A DNA stretch of 64,000 nucleotides from Candidatus Moraniibacteriota bacterium (GCA_038203255.1 JBBREE010000001.1:31882-95881); one strand, 5' to 3'; positions 28,984 to 39,033 are shown, numbered from the stretch's first letter. Program-made: numbers and translations. The notes: generated by a model not told the origin, from the letters alone.

Positions 28984-29949
28984 ATGTTACCGATATTTAT
29001 TATTGTCGCAGTAGTTATTATTATGTTGTGCATACCGGGTATTCAAGCCGGGCTAATAAATGTGTGGGCGTTCCGCGTGAGATATTTACCAAGCACGCTG
29101 ACACTTATTCTCATTGCAGTTGCGATTATCGCCCTTCCGGCTGCCATAGTCTGGAGCATTTATGGCCTAGTGACACTGATAGTTTTATCCGTGTTGGCCG
29201 TAATATCGATCTGGTCACCTAAGGCCAGGGTGATTACTACTTTCATATTGATTGTTGGGGTACTGGTGGCATTTTTTTACCCGCCGGCTAAGAATTTTGT
29301 TGTTGAAAACTATTCTTCCATTCCTGGATGGATAGAAACCAACAAGGAATTAACCAATATCAAAATCGAGGAGAGTTCTCTCTCGATGAAAAGTACCATC
29401 AAAAAATCCCCAGTCACTCGAGGAATTTTCGGGAAGATTTCGGAAGACACAGCGTGTTATGACTATTTTGGGGAAATGATTAAAATCCTCAAAAAAGGTC
29501 AACCGGTCAAGACGATGGACGGTGTTAGACCCCAAAATCCCAAGACCGGAGATGAAGGGACAGAAAATGTTGTTCTCCCCAACAAGTATGGAAATTTTAT
29601 ATTTGTAGGAGAACCGGATGTTGTTCGGATCCCAATTGGAAAAGTATATTGGGAAAAACCCAAAAAAGAAGAGGTGGCAAAAAAAGAGCTACCTCCACCT
29701 CAAAAAACAATCGCTTCGACTTCAGCGAAGGTTGAACATCCTGCCCCGGTTTTCAATCAACCGGCGCCTGTGGTTCAGCCAGTGCAACAGTCGAACCTTG
29801 ATTATTCATCTTACCGGAACCTTCAACACACGCCCGATCAAGGAGGGATAATCTTCTATAACCCGGGTGAAGAACCCTTGGTAAAAGTAGAAGGTGTTGA
29901 TTATCGAGAATACGGGAAGTTTTACCCGGAGAGGAAATCCTATCCTTAA
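28984..29949 (+). CDS. hypothetical membrane protein (3 N-terminal TM, P/Q-rich C-terminal region)
   Basis: Start overlaps the upstream stop (GTGATATG). Hydrophobic N-terminus; PAPVFNQPAPVVQPVQQ low-complexity segment. Confidence 0.5.
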   Translation: MLPIFIIVAVVIIMLCIPGIQAGLINVWAFRVRYLPSTLTLILIAVAIIALPAAIVWSIYGLVTLIVLSVLAVISIWSPKARVITTFILIVGVLVAFFYPPAKNFVVENYSSIPGWIETNKELTNIKIEESSLSMKSTIKKSPVTRGIFGKISEDTACYDYFGEMIKILKKGQPVKTMDGVRPQNPKTGDEGTENVVLPNKYGNFIFVGEPDVVRIPIGKVYWEKPKKEEVAKKELPPPQKTIASTSAKVEHPAPVFNQPAPVVQPVQQSNLDYSSYRNLQHTPDQGGIIFYNPGEEPLVKVEGVDYREYGKFYPERKSYP

Positions 29950-30079
29950 GGACTGAGAAGAATGCTTCTTCAATAGCTCTGCTAGATACATTTATCTAGT
30001 AGAGCTTTTTTTTAATTTTAAATCTTAAAAATATCTGCTTTTGTGCTATAATTGGACTATAAATAAATTATAAAAAAAT

Positions 30080-30613
30080 ATGCATCCAATTAAAGATTTA
30101 GTCAAAGAACACGCCTTAGTCAAACTTGCACTTCGCGTCTTGGAAAAGGCCTGCGACCAAATCGAAGCAGGAAAAGATATGAACCAAGAGGATATGCGAA
30201 ATGTCGTTTTGTTTATTCGTGAATTTGCGGACAAGTGTCACCACGGCAAAGAAGAAGCCTTGCTCTTTCCAGCCATTAAAGAAAATAACATTCCTGAAGA
30301 AGTGGCGCTCGTTGATATCTTCATCGAAGAACATAAAATCAGTAGGGGTTTCGTGAAAAATATGGCAGATGCGATTGAAGCAAGCCTATCCCCTATTTTT
30401 ATCGAAAACGCCAGAAAATACATCCAACTACTCGACCAGCACATAGATCGAGAAAATCAATTCCTTTTCCCAATGGCTGAAAAATCTCTTTCAGAAGATA
30501 AGCTGAAAGAATTGGAAGTTGGGTTTGAAAATGTGGAAAAAAATATTATTGGAGAAAAAAGACATCAGGAATTATTTGGTCTTATCCAGAACCTAAAAGA
30601 AATCTACTTGTGA
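30080..30613 (+). CDS. hemerythrin HHE cation-binding domain protein
   Basis: Repeated H/E ligand patterns (KEHALVKLAL, CHHGKEE, EEHKISRG, DQHIDRENQFLFP). Confidence 0.6.
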   Translation: MHPIKDLVKEHALVKLALRVLEKACDQIEAGKDMNQEDMRNVVLFIREFADKCHHGKEEALLFPAIKENNIPEEVALVDIFIEEHKISRGFVKNMADAIEASLSPIFIENARKYIQLLDQHIDRENQFLFPMAEKSLSEDKLKELEVGFENVEKNIIGEKRHQELFGLIQNLKEIYL

Positions 30614-30638
30614 ACATGCCTAACTGAAAAGTAAACCC

Positions 30639-30687
30639 TTGACAGACCGAGACGCCTAGGATACTATTCTAATGTAAATTAGAATAG
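30639..30687 (+). promoter_or_regulatory. promoter (TTGACA-17-TACTAT) overlapped by a perfect 10-4-10 palindrome ctattctaat-gtaa-attagaatag; putative ArsR operator
   Basis: The palindrome at 30664-30687 lies immediately upstream of the arsR-like gene. Confidence 0.55.
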
Positions 30688-30694
30688 TTTTTTT

Positions 30695-31006
30695 ATGCAA
30701 TTTCAATGTTGCGCCAAAAATTCAAAAGAGCAAAAAGAAGTCGAAAAGACGTATGCCTTTTTACGGGCGGTCTCAGATCCCAATAGACTGAAAATTATTT
30801 GCGTCCTTCAGACTGGGCCCAAGTGTGTATGTGAAATTGTGCCAGTAGTAGGCATCTCGGACAAGCTCGCCTCTCATCATCTGAAGCAATTAAAAAATAT
30901 CGGAATCTTAGCTGAAAAGCGCGAAGGAAATTTCATTCGTTATAGCTTAAATAAAAAAATAATTAAAGAGTACAAGAAAATTTTTAACCAAGTAATCACC
31001 GCCTAA
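30695..31006 (+). CDS. arsR: ArsR/SmtB-family transcriptional repressor
   Basis: LRAVSDPNRLKIICVLQTGPKCVCEIVPVVGISDKLASHHLKQLKNIGIL: the wHTH of the ArsR family with a CVC metal(loid)-binding site. Confidence 0.8.
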   Translation: MQFQCCAKNSKEQKEVEKTYAFLRAVSDPNRLKIICVLQTGPKCVCEIVPVVGISDKLASHHLKQLKNIGILAEKREGNFIRYSLNKKIIKEYKKIFNQVITA

Positions 31007-31114
31007 AGCCGAGCTTTGGATGATGGTCTTTTCTATTTTTCAAAAAGCTTGGCTTTAGGGAAGGTGGTCTTAAAAAGGTTCTAAAAAAATTTTAATCAAC
31101 TAACAACAAAATAT

Positions 31115-31402
31115 ATGAAAATCAAAATTCTAGGCACAGGTTGCCCAAATTGTAAAAAATTAGAACAAAATACTAAAGATGCTATTTCAAGCTTAGGACA
31201 AGAAATTGAAATTGAGAAAATAACGGGGATAGAAGATATTATGAAATATAATGTGATGAGTATGCCGGCCCTAGTGATAGACGAAACAGTGGCCATTTCT
31301 GGGAGAGTGCCAAGCGCTGAAGAGATTAAGAAATTGTTATCAAAAAATGAAATTTCTTCTGCAAAAACCACCGGGTGTTCTTCTTGCGGAGATAAATACT
31401 AA
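31115..31402 (+). CDS. thioredoxin-fold small redox protein (thioredoxin_3 / redox-active disulfide protein 2-like)
   Basis: MKIKILGTGCPNCKKLE... with a CPNC dithiol and a C-terminal CSSCGDKY. Confidence 0.65.
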   Translation: MKIKILGTGCPNCKKLEQNTKDAISSLGQEIEIEKITGIEDIMKYNVMSMPALVIDETVAISGRVPSAEEIKKLLSKNEISSAKTTGCSSCGDKY

Positions 31403-31408
31403 AAACTT

Positions 31409-32383
31409 ATGGATAATCTTTTTTACCCTACAAAATTATTCGCCGATTGGTTTTCGTTTAGCCTACTAAAGCTAACTCCCAAAACATTAGCTGGCGAAGC
31501 GGTCAATTTTTTTGTCTTTGATACGGTCAAAGTTTTTCTTCTTTTGATTGTAATCATTTATGCAGTTTCACTCATACGCACCTATCTACCGGCGGAAAAA
31601 ATCAGAAGCATCTTGTCACATAAAAACAAATTTATGAGCCATATCCTAGCTTCAGTTTTTGGTATCATCACCCCTTTTTGCTCTTGTAGCGCCGTGCCAC
31701 TTTTTTTAGGATTCGTAGAAGCGGGAGTGCCACTCGGTGTGACCTTTTCTTTTTTGGTTTCTTCCCCGATGATTAATGAAGTGGCCTTGGTGCTTTTGCT
31801 TGGAATGTTCGGCTGGAAAATTGCCGGCATCTATATCTTCAGCGGACTTTTGATTGCCATTTTTTCCGGATTCATTATTGGCGCTTTGAAGGTGGAAAAT
31901 TTATTAGCAGATTTTATTAATGCCAATCGAATTGATCCAAATGCCACGCCCCTTTTGCAAATGACCGGCCAAGAGCGCCGCGCATACGCCTGGAATTATA
32001 CGAAAGATATCCTCAAAAAAGTTTGGCCGTATATTATTATCGGAATTGGCCTGGGCGCTTGGATCCATGGTTATGTGCCCACTGATTTACTCGCTAAATA
32101 TGCCGGCAACGGAAAATGGTACTCGGTTCCTCTAGCCGTTCTCATCGGCATCCCGCTCTATTCCAACGCGGCCGGAGTTATTCCCCTGGTCTCAGCCCTC
32201 ACCGAAAAAGGCGTCTCGATGGGCACCACCTTGGCTTTTATGATGGCGGTGACTGGCCTGTCTCTTCCGGAATTTATGATCCTTAAAAAAGTTATGAAAA
32301 CCAAACTCATCCTTATTTTTGCCGGAGTGGTGGGAGCGGGCATCATCTTCACTGGATATTTATTCAATTTTATTTTACAATAA
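31409..32383 (+). CDS. arsP: ArsP-like permease (DUF318 permease with TPFCSCS motif)
   Basis: ITPFCSCSAVPLF matches the ArsP organoarsenical permease signature. Eight or more TM. Co-operonic with arsR. Confidence 0.6.
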   Translation: MDNLFYPTKLFADWFSFSLLKLTPKTLAGEAVNFFVFDTVKVFLLLIVIIYAVSLIRTYLPAEKIRSILSHKNKFMSHILASVFGIITPFCSCSAVPLFLGFVEAGVPLGVTFSFLVSSPMINEVALVLLLGMFGWKIAGIYIFSGLLIAIFSGFIIGALKVENLLADFINANRIDPNATPLLQMTGQERRAYAWNYTKDILKKVWPYIIIGIGLGAWIHGYVPTDLLAKYAGNGKWYSVPLAVLIGIPLYSNAAGVIPLVSALTEKGVSMGTTLAFMMAVTGLSLPEFMILKKVMKTKLILIFAGVVGAGIIFTGYLFNFILQ

Positions 32384-32586
32384 CTTTTCGGGTAACATAC
32401 CCCCTCCAGAGGTGGGCGGGCATGGTACGTCTTGACTAAACAAGCCTTTTATGCTAAACTCCATCATTAGTTCTTTCTAAATTCAACTTCACACGAACTA
32501 ACCACTAAGTCATTAATTTTTTGATTGTTTGGTTGTTAGTTTGTGTATTAACCAATCAAAACCAAAAAAATTAGAGGAGAACGGGG

Positions 32587-33165
32587 ATGAAAATGCGGAA
32601 AACAATCGCGCTTGGACTTATTTTACTGGCACTTTTTATTACTTCTTGTGCAAAAAAACAACAGAATGATGTGGCGTTGGCTCCGAGAAAAGATTTGTCT
32701 GTTCAATTACAGACAAAAGATGAAGTCAAAAAAGAGAATCAAGATAAAGAGAGAATTAAGCTCGATGTTGGGCTCTATGCTTTCAGCATAGAAGACTATC
32801 ATAATGCGATCCTGTTACTTTCCCAAGTTGAAGGAATATATCAAGATCCTTCCGGCCTCTGCTTTATTGGAATCTCTTTTTTTCAAGTAGGAGAAACTGA
32901 CCTAGCCAGAGATGGGTTTGATGAGGTAATTAGCCAGGTTAAGTTACACCCATCCCTGCCTGGAAAAAATTTTATCCTCTCAATTACATACAGATACAAA
33001 GCCGAGATTGCTTTTCGAGAAGATAATTACCCGAAAGCGCTAGAGTATTGCAAGATAGGAATACCCTTAGCAAAAAAAGCAGTTGAGTTTAAGGAAGGAG
33101 CTAGCGCAGAACAAATGCTAGAGGATCTCGAAAATTTGAAATCTCGGATTGAGATTAAAATTTAG
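32587..33165 (+). CDS. lipoprotein with TPR-like repeats (hypothetical)
   Basis: Lipobox LFITSC after a signal peptide; helical repeat body. Confidence 0.45.
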   Translation: MKMRKTIALGLILLALFITSCAKKQQNDVALAPRKDLSVQLQTKDEVKKENQDKERIKLDVGLYAFSIEDYHNAILLLSQVEGIYQDPSGLCFIGISFFQVGETDLARDGFDEVISQVKLHPSLPGKNFILSITYRYKAEIAFREDNYPKALEYCKIGIPLAKKAVEFKEGASAEQMLEDLENLKSRIEIKI

Positions 33166-33212
33166 AGAAGGTCTTAATTTAAAGACTAACTCACTAATTT
33201 CACAAACTGTCC

Positions 33213-33270
33213 TTATGCAAACCCGAAAAATCGGGCCAAGCATGCGGACAGTTTTTTATTTGTAAAAATA
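33213..33270 (+). terminator. compound hairpin terminator
   Basis: aaactgtcc...cccgaaaaatcggg...ggacagtttttt. Confidence 0.5.
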
Positions 33271-33332
33271 ACCTGTGCTACAATAGACTAATCAACCACT
33301 TAAGCTAAGTACTTACTACTAAAACTTTTCCT

Positions 33333-34253
33333 ATGATTAAAATTTATTACAAATCCGTTAAAAGTTCCGGACTCACTGCTTTGGACAATTTCAAAATTGG
33401 CGCCTGGGTGGACGTTTGTGATCCAAACAAAGAAGAGTTGGAAAAACTGGAAAATATGCTAGGCGTAGAAAAAAGTCTTTTGCATGATGCCTTAGATCCC
33501 TATGAGGTGCCTCGAATGGAACAAGAAGATGGCATTACTTATGTTTTCACTCGCGTGCCACAATACCAAGAGAAAGAAGTCCTTACCCTGCCTATCCTCG
33601 TCGCCTTAGGGGAAAATTTTCTCCTGACAGTTTCCAAAGAAAAACTGAATTTTCTAGAAAAATTTTCCCGAGGACAAATTGCTTTTTCAACAACTCAAAA
33701 AACCAAATTACTCTTAGAGATATTTTTCCACATTAACAAACAATACGATTTCTTTTTGGTTGATATCGGGAAAAAAATTCGCGGTTTAAAAATTAAATTG
33801 GAAAAAATAAGTAACCGTGAACTTATTCAATTCGTGGACCTGGAAAGCGTGCTTAATGACTTTCTGTCTTCCCTTACTCCAACCAATGCAGTTTTACGAA
33901 AAATCTTGGACGGACGAAGCTTGCATCTCTATGAAGAAGATCGCGATCTCGTGGAAGATATCTTCCTGGGCAACGGTCAGATTATTGAGATGGCCAGTTC
34001 AACACTGAACCAGGTGGTCAACATCAGAAACACATCTTCCAGCATCATTACTCATGAATTGAATCGTGTGATGAAAATCCTCACCGTTTTAACAATTCTT
34101 CTCACTATTCCAACTATGGTTTTTAGTTTTTATGGTATGAATGTCGCCCTTCCCGCGATGAATAATCCCACTACCTACATCTCCATTCTTTTTTACACCT
34201 TCACTTTTTCCTTGCTCGCCATGGTTCTTTTTAAGAAAAATCGTTGGCTCTAA
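33333..34253 (+). CDS. corA: magnesium/cobalt transporter CorA
   Basis: C-terminal two TM helices with the YGMNVALPAMN (GMN) signature. Confidence 0.85.
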   Translation: MIKIYYKSVKSSGLTALDNFKIGAWVDVCDPNKEELEKLENMLGVEKSLLHDALDPYEVPRMEQEDGITYVFTRVPQYQEKEVLTLPILVALGENFLLTVSKEKLNFLEKFSRGQIAFSTTQKTKLLLEIFFHINKQYDFFLVDIGKKIRGLKIKLEKISNRELIQFVDLESVLNDFLSSLTPTNAVLRKILDGRSLHLYEEDRDLVEDIFLGNGQIIEMASSTLNQVVNIRNTSSSIITHELNRVMKILTVLTILLTIPTMVFSFYGMNVALPAMNNPTTYISILFYTFTFSLLAMVLFKKNRWL

Positions 34254-34317
34254 CCCACATTAGAAGATTGTTTTTTTCTGTGCTAGACTGAAAGCACTTA
34301 ATTTTAAAAAAATATTT

Positions 34318-35091
34318 ATGCTGAATCTATTTCACGCCATAATCTTAGGCATCGTCGAAGGAGTGACTGAATTTTTGCCCATTTCCTCCACAGCTCATCT
34401 CATCTTGACCGCTGATCTCTTAAAAATTCCTCAGACAGAATATATTAAATCTTTTGAAATCATTATCCAGCTCGGTGCTATTCTAGCAGTCGTAGTTTTA
34501 TATTGGAAGAAATTTCTGGATTTTGAATTTCTGAAAAAATTAATTATTGCCTTTATCCCGACCGGAATTTTAGGATTGCTTTTTTATAAAATTATTAAGA
34601 CTTATCTTTTAGGCAATATCAACGTGGTCTTATGGTCATTGGCCTTGGGCGGTCTCGCTCTTATTCTCTTTGAAAAATATTTTACCAAAAAAGATGAGGC
34701 GCGCGAACTGGATGTCAGAGATATCAGCTATAAGCATTGTATCTTTTTGGGACTTTTTCAAAGCATCGCTATGATTCCGGGAGTGTCACGCTCAGCCGCC
34801 ACCATCATTGGTGGGCTCACTCTTGGCATTCCTAAGCGTACCATCGTGGAATTTTCTTTCCTTCTGGCCGTGCCCACAATGGCAGCAGCCACCGGGTTAG
34901 ATCTCTTGAAAAATGCCAGCTCTTTCAGCGCCTCCCAAGCCAACTCCCTCGCCTTAGGTTTTATCGTCTCTTTTGTGATGGCTATCATTTCTATCCGTTG
35001 GCTTTTGGGTTACATTAAAAATCATACCTTTACGGCCTTTGGGGTGTATCGTATCGCCCTAGTCATTTTGTTTTTAATCTATCTATTCTAA
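34318..35091 (+). CDS. uppP: undecaprenyl-diphosphate phosphatase
   Basis: N-terminus LGIVEGVTEFLPISSTAHLIL and GxSRSAATI are BacA/UppP signatures. Confidence 0.85.
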   Translation: MLNLFHAIILGIVEGVTEFLPISSTAHLILTADLLKIPQTEYIKSFEIIIQLGAILAVVVLYWKKFLDFEFLKKLIIAFIPTGILGLLFYKIIKTYLLGNINVVLWSLALGGLALILFEKYFTKKDEARELDVRDISYKHCIFLGLFQSIAMIPGVSRSAATIIGGLTLGIPKRTIVEFSFLLAVPTMAAATGLDLLKNASSFSASQANSLALGFIVSFVMAIISIRWLLGYIKNHTFTAFGVYRIALVILFLIYLF

Positions 35092-35150
35092 AACAAAAAA
35101 ACTCCTTATCTTAAAGAGCTTTTAAAAAAAGAGAATACCCTTCTCTTTTT

Positions 35151-35903
35151 TTATCTCCTGGTCAAAGCTAACCTAAAACGATTAAAAAGAAGGGCGATGA
35201 AAATAAGCCCGGTGATGTAATAAATAACCAACATAAAAATACTACGCGAATCAGTCCCTATAAAAAGACCGTGTAAAAGCGCCAGGATAAAAAGTGGGTA
35301 AACTAAAAAATGCAATTTACGCCACCAAGAAGAGCGCTGAAAACGCGAGATGAGCGAACTCAACATAATAATCAAAACCAAATAGAAACCCACTCTGCCA
35401 AAAGCCAAGGCTACCGGTTGATAGCCGGAATTGAGAGGAAGAAAAATATCCCCTATACCAAACGGCAAAAAACTATCAAACGTCAAGGATATAATATGCA
35501 CCAAAAGAGCTAGCCCAAAAGAAACTCCTAAATACTTATGAATGAGCCAAGCGTGCGGAGGAGTGATGAATTGATAAGTTAAACCCGTAGCCATATTTTC
35601 TCCCATCACGATTAAAAAAAACAAAAGTATGTAGGCCGTAATAGCCGCCGAGCGTGTAATATACCACGGCATCGAGCTAGGTCTTGCCGAAGGGATATTA
35701 GTAACCACGTCACTATTAGTGGGGGTGGTGCTCAGAGCTATTGTCTTATTCTTATTGGCAGTTTCAGTAGATTGAATCAAGGGCGCGCTAGAAATTTCTT
35801 GAGATGCATCTTCTTCCGCCTTGGCAGAAAAAGAGAAAACTAAAAATAAAGCCACAACAAAAAGAAGAATTATTTTACGCTTATTTTTTTGATACTTTTT
35901 CAT
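35151..35903 (-). CDS. ferric-reductase-like transmembrane heme domain protein
   Basis: Signal/TM and a Ser/Thr-rich linker, then helices carrying paired His residues (AWLIHKYLG / LLVHIISL; KLHFLVYP / LLHGLF), consistent with bis-heme ligation in FRD/NOX/MsrQ-type domains. Confidence 0.5.
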   Translation of the reverse strand: MKKYQKNKRKIILLFVVALFLVFSFSAKAEEDASQEISSAPLIQSTETANKNKTIALSTTPTNSDVVTNIPSARPSSMPWYITRSAAITAYILLFFLIVMGENMATGLTYQFITPPHAWLIHKYLGVSFGLALLVHIISLTFDSFLPFGIGDIFLPLNSGYQPVALAFGRVGFYLVLIIMLSSLISRFQRSSWWRKLHFLVYPLFILALLHGLFIGTDSRSIFMLVIYYITGLIFIALLFNRFRLALTRR

Positions 35904-35939
35904 AAGTTATTAATTAACCTATATTTTTAGTATACCCCA

Positions 35940-36965
35940 TTAAGAAGTTCTCGTCTTGGCTGATGGAGTAGGCGCGGAAACTTTTTTCGAAGCAGTAGGA
36001 ATAGGAGCCACTGTCACAGCCGAGGAATCAGCCTTTACACTACTATCAACATTTTGGGAAGAAACACTTCCACTTGAAGTGGCCGTAGAAGAGGTTGCTT
36101 CAATCTCAGGGGATACAGTTCCTGTTATAATTGGCTTGATGGCTGATTTGTAAATAAAATAGAAAGGTAAAAGAAAAACAGCCATTGCAAAACTAAGGGC
36201 ATAAAAAGTATTGCGAATTTTGGGCCAGATTCCTTCATCCTCAATCATAGAAAAACCCTCAGTTTCGATTTGAAAATCTTGCACCCCAATCTTTTTGAGA
36301 TTTTCCTTCATCGCCTCCATAAATTTTTGCGGTCCGCAAAGAAAAAAAGTTTTTCCATGAGTATGCCCGATAAAGTTTTTTATAATCTCAGGACTCAAGC
36401 GTTTATTGATAAAACCCGTTGCCTTATATGGAAACTTTTCATCGGTCACACTGAGGAGTGTCCGCAAATTTTTATTTTTTTTCTCCAATTCTAAAATCTC
36501 CTCCAGAAACAACGCACTCTCGAATGTACGATTACTATAAAGTAGCGTCATTTTATTAGGCAATTGATGTAAAGTCGCATAGCGTAAGGCACTTATAAAA
36601 GGTGTGATGCCCACTCCCCCAGCCAAAAAAACCAAGTCGTGATGTTTTTCTTTTTTGAAAGTGAAATTACCATATGGTCCATCCACAAAAATCTCGTCCC
36701 CCTCTTTCATTTTTGAGAGACCCCTAGTAAAAGGGCCAGTCACCCTGATACCTAATTGAATAGAACCATTCTCCAAGGGGGAGCTGGCAATGGAAAAGGT
36801 GTGCTTTTGTTCGATTTCTCCTTTAGCATTTTTATAATAAATCATGACATATTGTCCGCTTTGAAAATCAAAAACCGGGATTCCTCTCAAATCTCCCAGC
36901 TCTAAAACAATTGTATCATCTCCCTTTTTGTTTATTTTTTTAATATAATACCTATATTCTTTCAT
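35940..36965 (-). CDS. FNR-like FAD/NAD(P)-binding oxidoreductase with C-terminal membrane anchor
   Basis: HTFSIASSP (RxYS-type FAD site), LAGGVGITPF NAD(P) site, a CGP motif, and a C-terminal TM plus Ser/Thr-rich tail. Confidence 0.65.
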   Translation of the reverse strand: MKEYRYYIKKINKKGDDTIVLELGDLRGIPVFDFQSGQYVMIYYKNAKGEIEQKHTFSIASSPLENGSIQLGIRVTGPFTRGLSKMKEGDEIFVDGPYGNFTFKKEKHHDLVFLAGGVGITPFISALRYATLHQLPNKMTLLYSNRTFESALFLEEILELEKKNKNLRTLLSVTDEKFPYKATGFINKRLSPEIIKNFIGHTHGKTFFLCGPQKFMEAMKENLKKIGVQDFQIETEGFSMIEDEGIWPKIRNTFYALSFAMAVFLLPFYFIYKSAIKPIITGTVSPEIEATSSTATSSGSVSSQNVDSSVKADSSAVTVAPIPTASKKVSAPTPSAKTRTS

Positions 36966-37254
36966 AAAATAGTTATTTTTTGTTATTTATACTCACACAT
37001 CACTATAATACACCCTATCACAAAAAAATAATTCATTCGAGTCGCCAAAATTATTCTTAAAAATGGGCAACCTCTCAAAAGGTCTAAAAACCGCCTAAAT
37101 CAACCATTTCTGCGTTTCTCGTTCCTCCTATTGACAAATCCCTGAAATAAGCATACAATTTAGACAAGTCCCAGAGAGCGTGCAGCCAAAGATTAGTCGA
37201 ACTTTTTTGCAAAGCTTCAAATGGTACTAATTTAAATTACTATCAACATCAATC

Positions 37255-37458
37255 ATGGAACAAGGAATTGTCAAGAAAAAAGTTGATGACCGAGGATTCG
37301 GATTCATTTCTCGTGAGGGAAATGACAAGGACCTTTTCTTCCACTCAAAAGAACTTCAAGGTGTAACCTTTGAAGAACTTAGAGAAGGAGACAAAGTTCA
37401 ATTCGAAGTTAGCGAAAGCCCGAAAGGACCTTGCGCTACCAACGTCTCAAAAATGTAA
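37255..37458 (+). CDS. cold-shock protein (CspA family)
   Basis: GIVKKKVDDRGFGFISREGNDKDLFFH shows the RNP1/RNP2 motifs. Confidence 0.9.
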   Translation: MEQGIVKKKVDDRGFGFISREGNDKDLFFHSKELQGVTFEELREGDKVQFEVSESPKGPCATNVSKM

Positions 37459-37482
37459 TACTTTAAAAAGTATTCGAATAAA

Positions 37483-37520
37483 AATCACTGGCTTAGCTAG
37501 TGATTTTTATTTGCCCCTTT
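37483..37520 (+). terminator. rho-independent terminator after csp
   Basis: aaatcactggcttagctagtgatttttattt. Confidence 0.5.
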
Positions 37521-37575
37521 CTTTTTTCCCGTTTTTCTGGTAGAATAAATTTTTATAATAACCCCAAAAAAAATT

Positions 37576-39027
37576 ATGTCCAGCGATAATCTAGCTATCA
37601 GATTTAATAAAGTTTCTTTTGAATACAACCGCGACAAGCCCATTTTAGATGAAACTTCTTTTGCCATCAGAGCCGGTTCCAAATTCACTATTATGGGTCA
37701 AAATGGTGCCGGTAAAAGTACTATTCTGGGTCTCATTATGGGAGAATTAAAGCCGACCGAAGGATCAATTTTTGTTGATCCAGATTTGACTGTGGCCATT
37801 GCCAAACAAGTCATCCCCCGAGAAGATATCAATCTCACCACACGCGAATTTTTTGCCAAATGTTTTTCAGAAAAAAAGTATGACATCGACCGCAAAATCG
37901 ACAAAGTAATGGAAATTGTGCACTTGAAAGCGGACTATGAAAAAAAGATTGAGAAATATTCCGGTGGTCAGCAGGCTAGATTGCTTTTAGCTTCAGCTCT
38001 CATCCAAGATCCAGACCTCTTGATTCTCGACGAGCCGACTAATAATCTTGACTCGGATGGCATCGGACACCTCATGACATACCTCATGGGATGCGAAAAA
38101 ACTTGCATCGTCATTTCCCATGACGCCGACTTTTTAAATTGCTTCACTGACGGAGTGCTCTATTTAGATGTTTTCACTAAAAAAATTCACCAGCACATCG
38201 GAGATTACTATACCGTATTAGAAGAAATCGCGGCGGAAATCAAAAGAGAGGAACGCAAAAATGCCCAGTACGAAAAAGAAATTTTGGCCAATAAAGAAAA
38301 AGCTAATTTTTTCGCTAATAAAGGTGGCAAGATGAGATTGGTGGCCAGAAAAATGAGAAACAAAGCGGAAGAAATGGAAGAAGCTAAAGTGGCCGTCCGA
38401 AAAGAAGACAAGGCCATTCGCGACTTTGAAATTCCAATGCAAGAGGGTCTTATTGGAGAAATAATCAATATCGCGTCTCTGACTGTGATGAAAAATTATG
38501 AACCCCAAGAGAAAAAAGTGCGCGTGTCACTCAAAAAAAATCAGCACCTGCTTTTAAAGGGACCTAACGGCATCGGTAAAACAACTCTCTTAGAATCTCT
38601 TGCTTCCGGAACGGCTAAAGGCGCTAAAATTATTGACGGCGTGAAAGTCGGATACTATCGCCAGGATTTTTCTAATCTCGATTTTGAAAAAACAGTTTTT
38701 GAAACTCTAGAATCCGCTATGCCCGGACCAGATGAAGAACGTCTGAGGAGTGTCGCCGCCGGATTTCTTCTCACTAAAGACACAGTCTATGCCAAAATCG
38801 GCTCTCTTTCCGAAGGACAAAAGGGTCTCGTGGCTTTTGCGCGTTTGATGCTAGAAGAGCCGGGACTTTTGATTCTGGACGAACCAACCAACCACATCAA
38901 CTTCCGCCATCTTCCCGTCATTGCGAAAACCTTGGACAATTATAAAGGCGCTATGATTCTCGTCTCCCACGTCCCGGAATTCGTTTCGCAAATTAGGATC
39001 GATGAGACTTTGGATTTAGAGAATTAA
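37576..39027 (+). CDS. ABC-F family ATPase (tandem nucleotide-binding domains, no transmembrane domain)
   Basis: Two Walker A sites (GQNGAGKST; GPNGIGKTT), two LSGGQ-type signatures (YSGGQQARL; LSEGQKGLV) and a charged inter-domain linker. Confidence 0.8.
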   Translation: MSSDNLAIRFNKVSFEYNRDKPILDETSFAIRAGSKFTIMGQNGAGKSTILGLIMGELKPTEGSIFVDPDLTVAIAKQVIPREDINLTTREFFAKCFSEKKYDIDRKIDKVMEIVHLKADYEKKIEKYSGGQQARLLLASALIQDPDLLILDEPTNNLDSDGIGHLMTYLMGCEKTCIVISHDADFLNCFTDGVLYLDVFTKKIHQHIGDYYTVLEEIAAEIKREERKNAQYEKEILANKEKANFFANKGGKMRLVARKMRNKAEEMEEAKVAVRKEDKAIRDFEIPMQEGLIGEIINIASLTVMKNYEPQEKKVRVSLKKNQHLLLKGPNGIGKTTLLESLASGTAKGAKIIDGVKVGYYRQDFSNLDFEKTVFETLESAMPGPDEERLRSVAAGFLLTKDTVYAKIGSLSEGQKGLVAFARLMLEEPGLLILDEPTNHINFRHLPVIAKTLDNYKGAMILVSHVPEFVSQIRIDETLDLEN

Positions 39028-39033
39028 AAAAAT

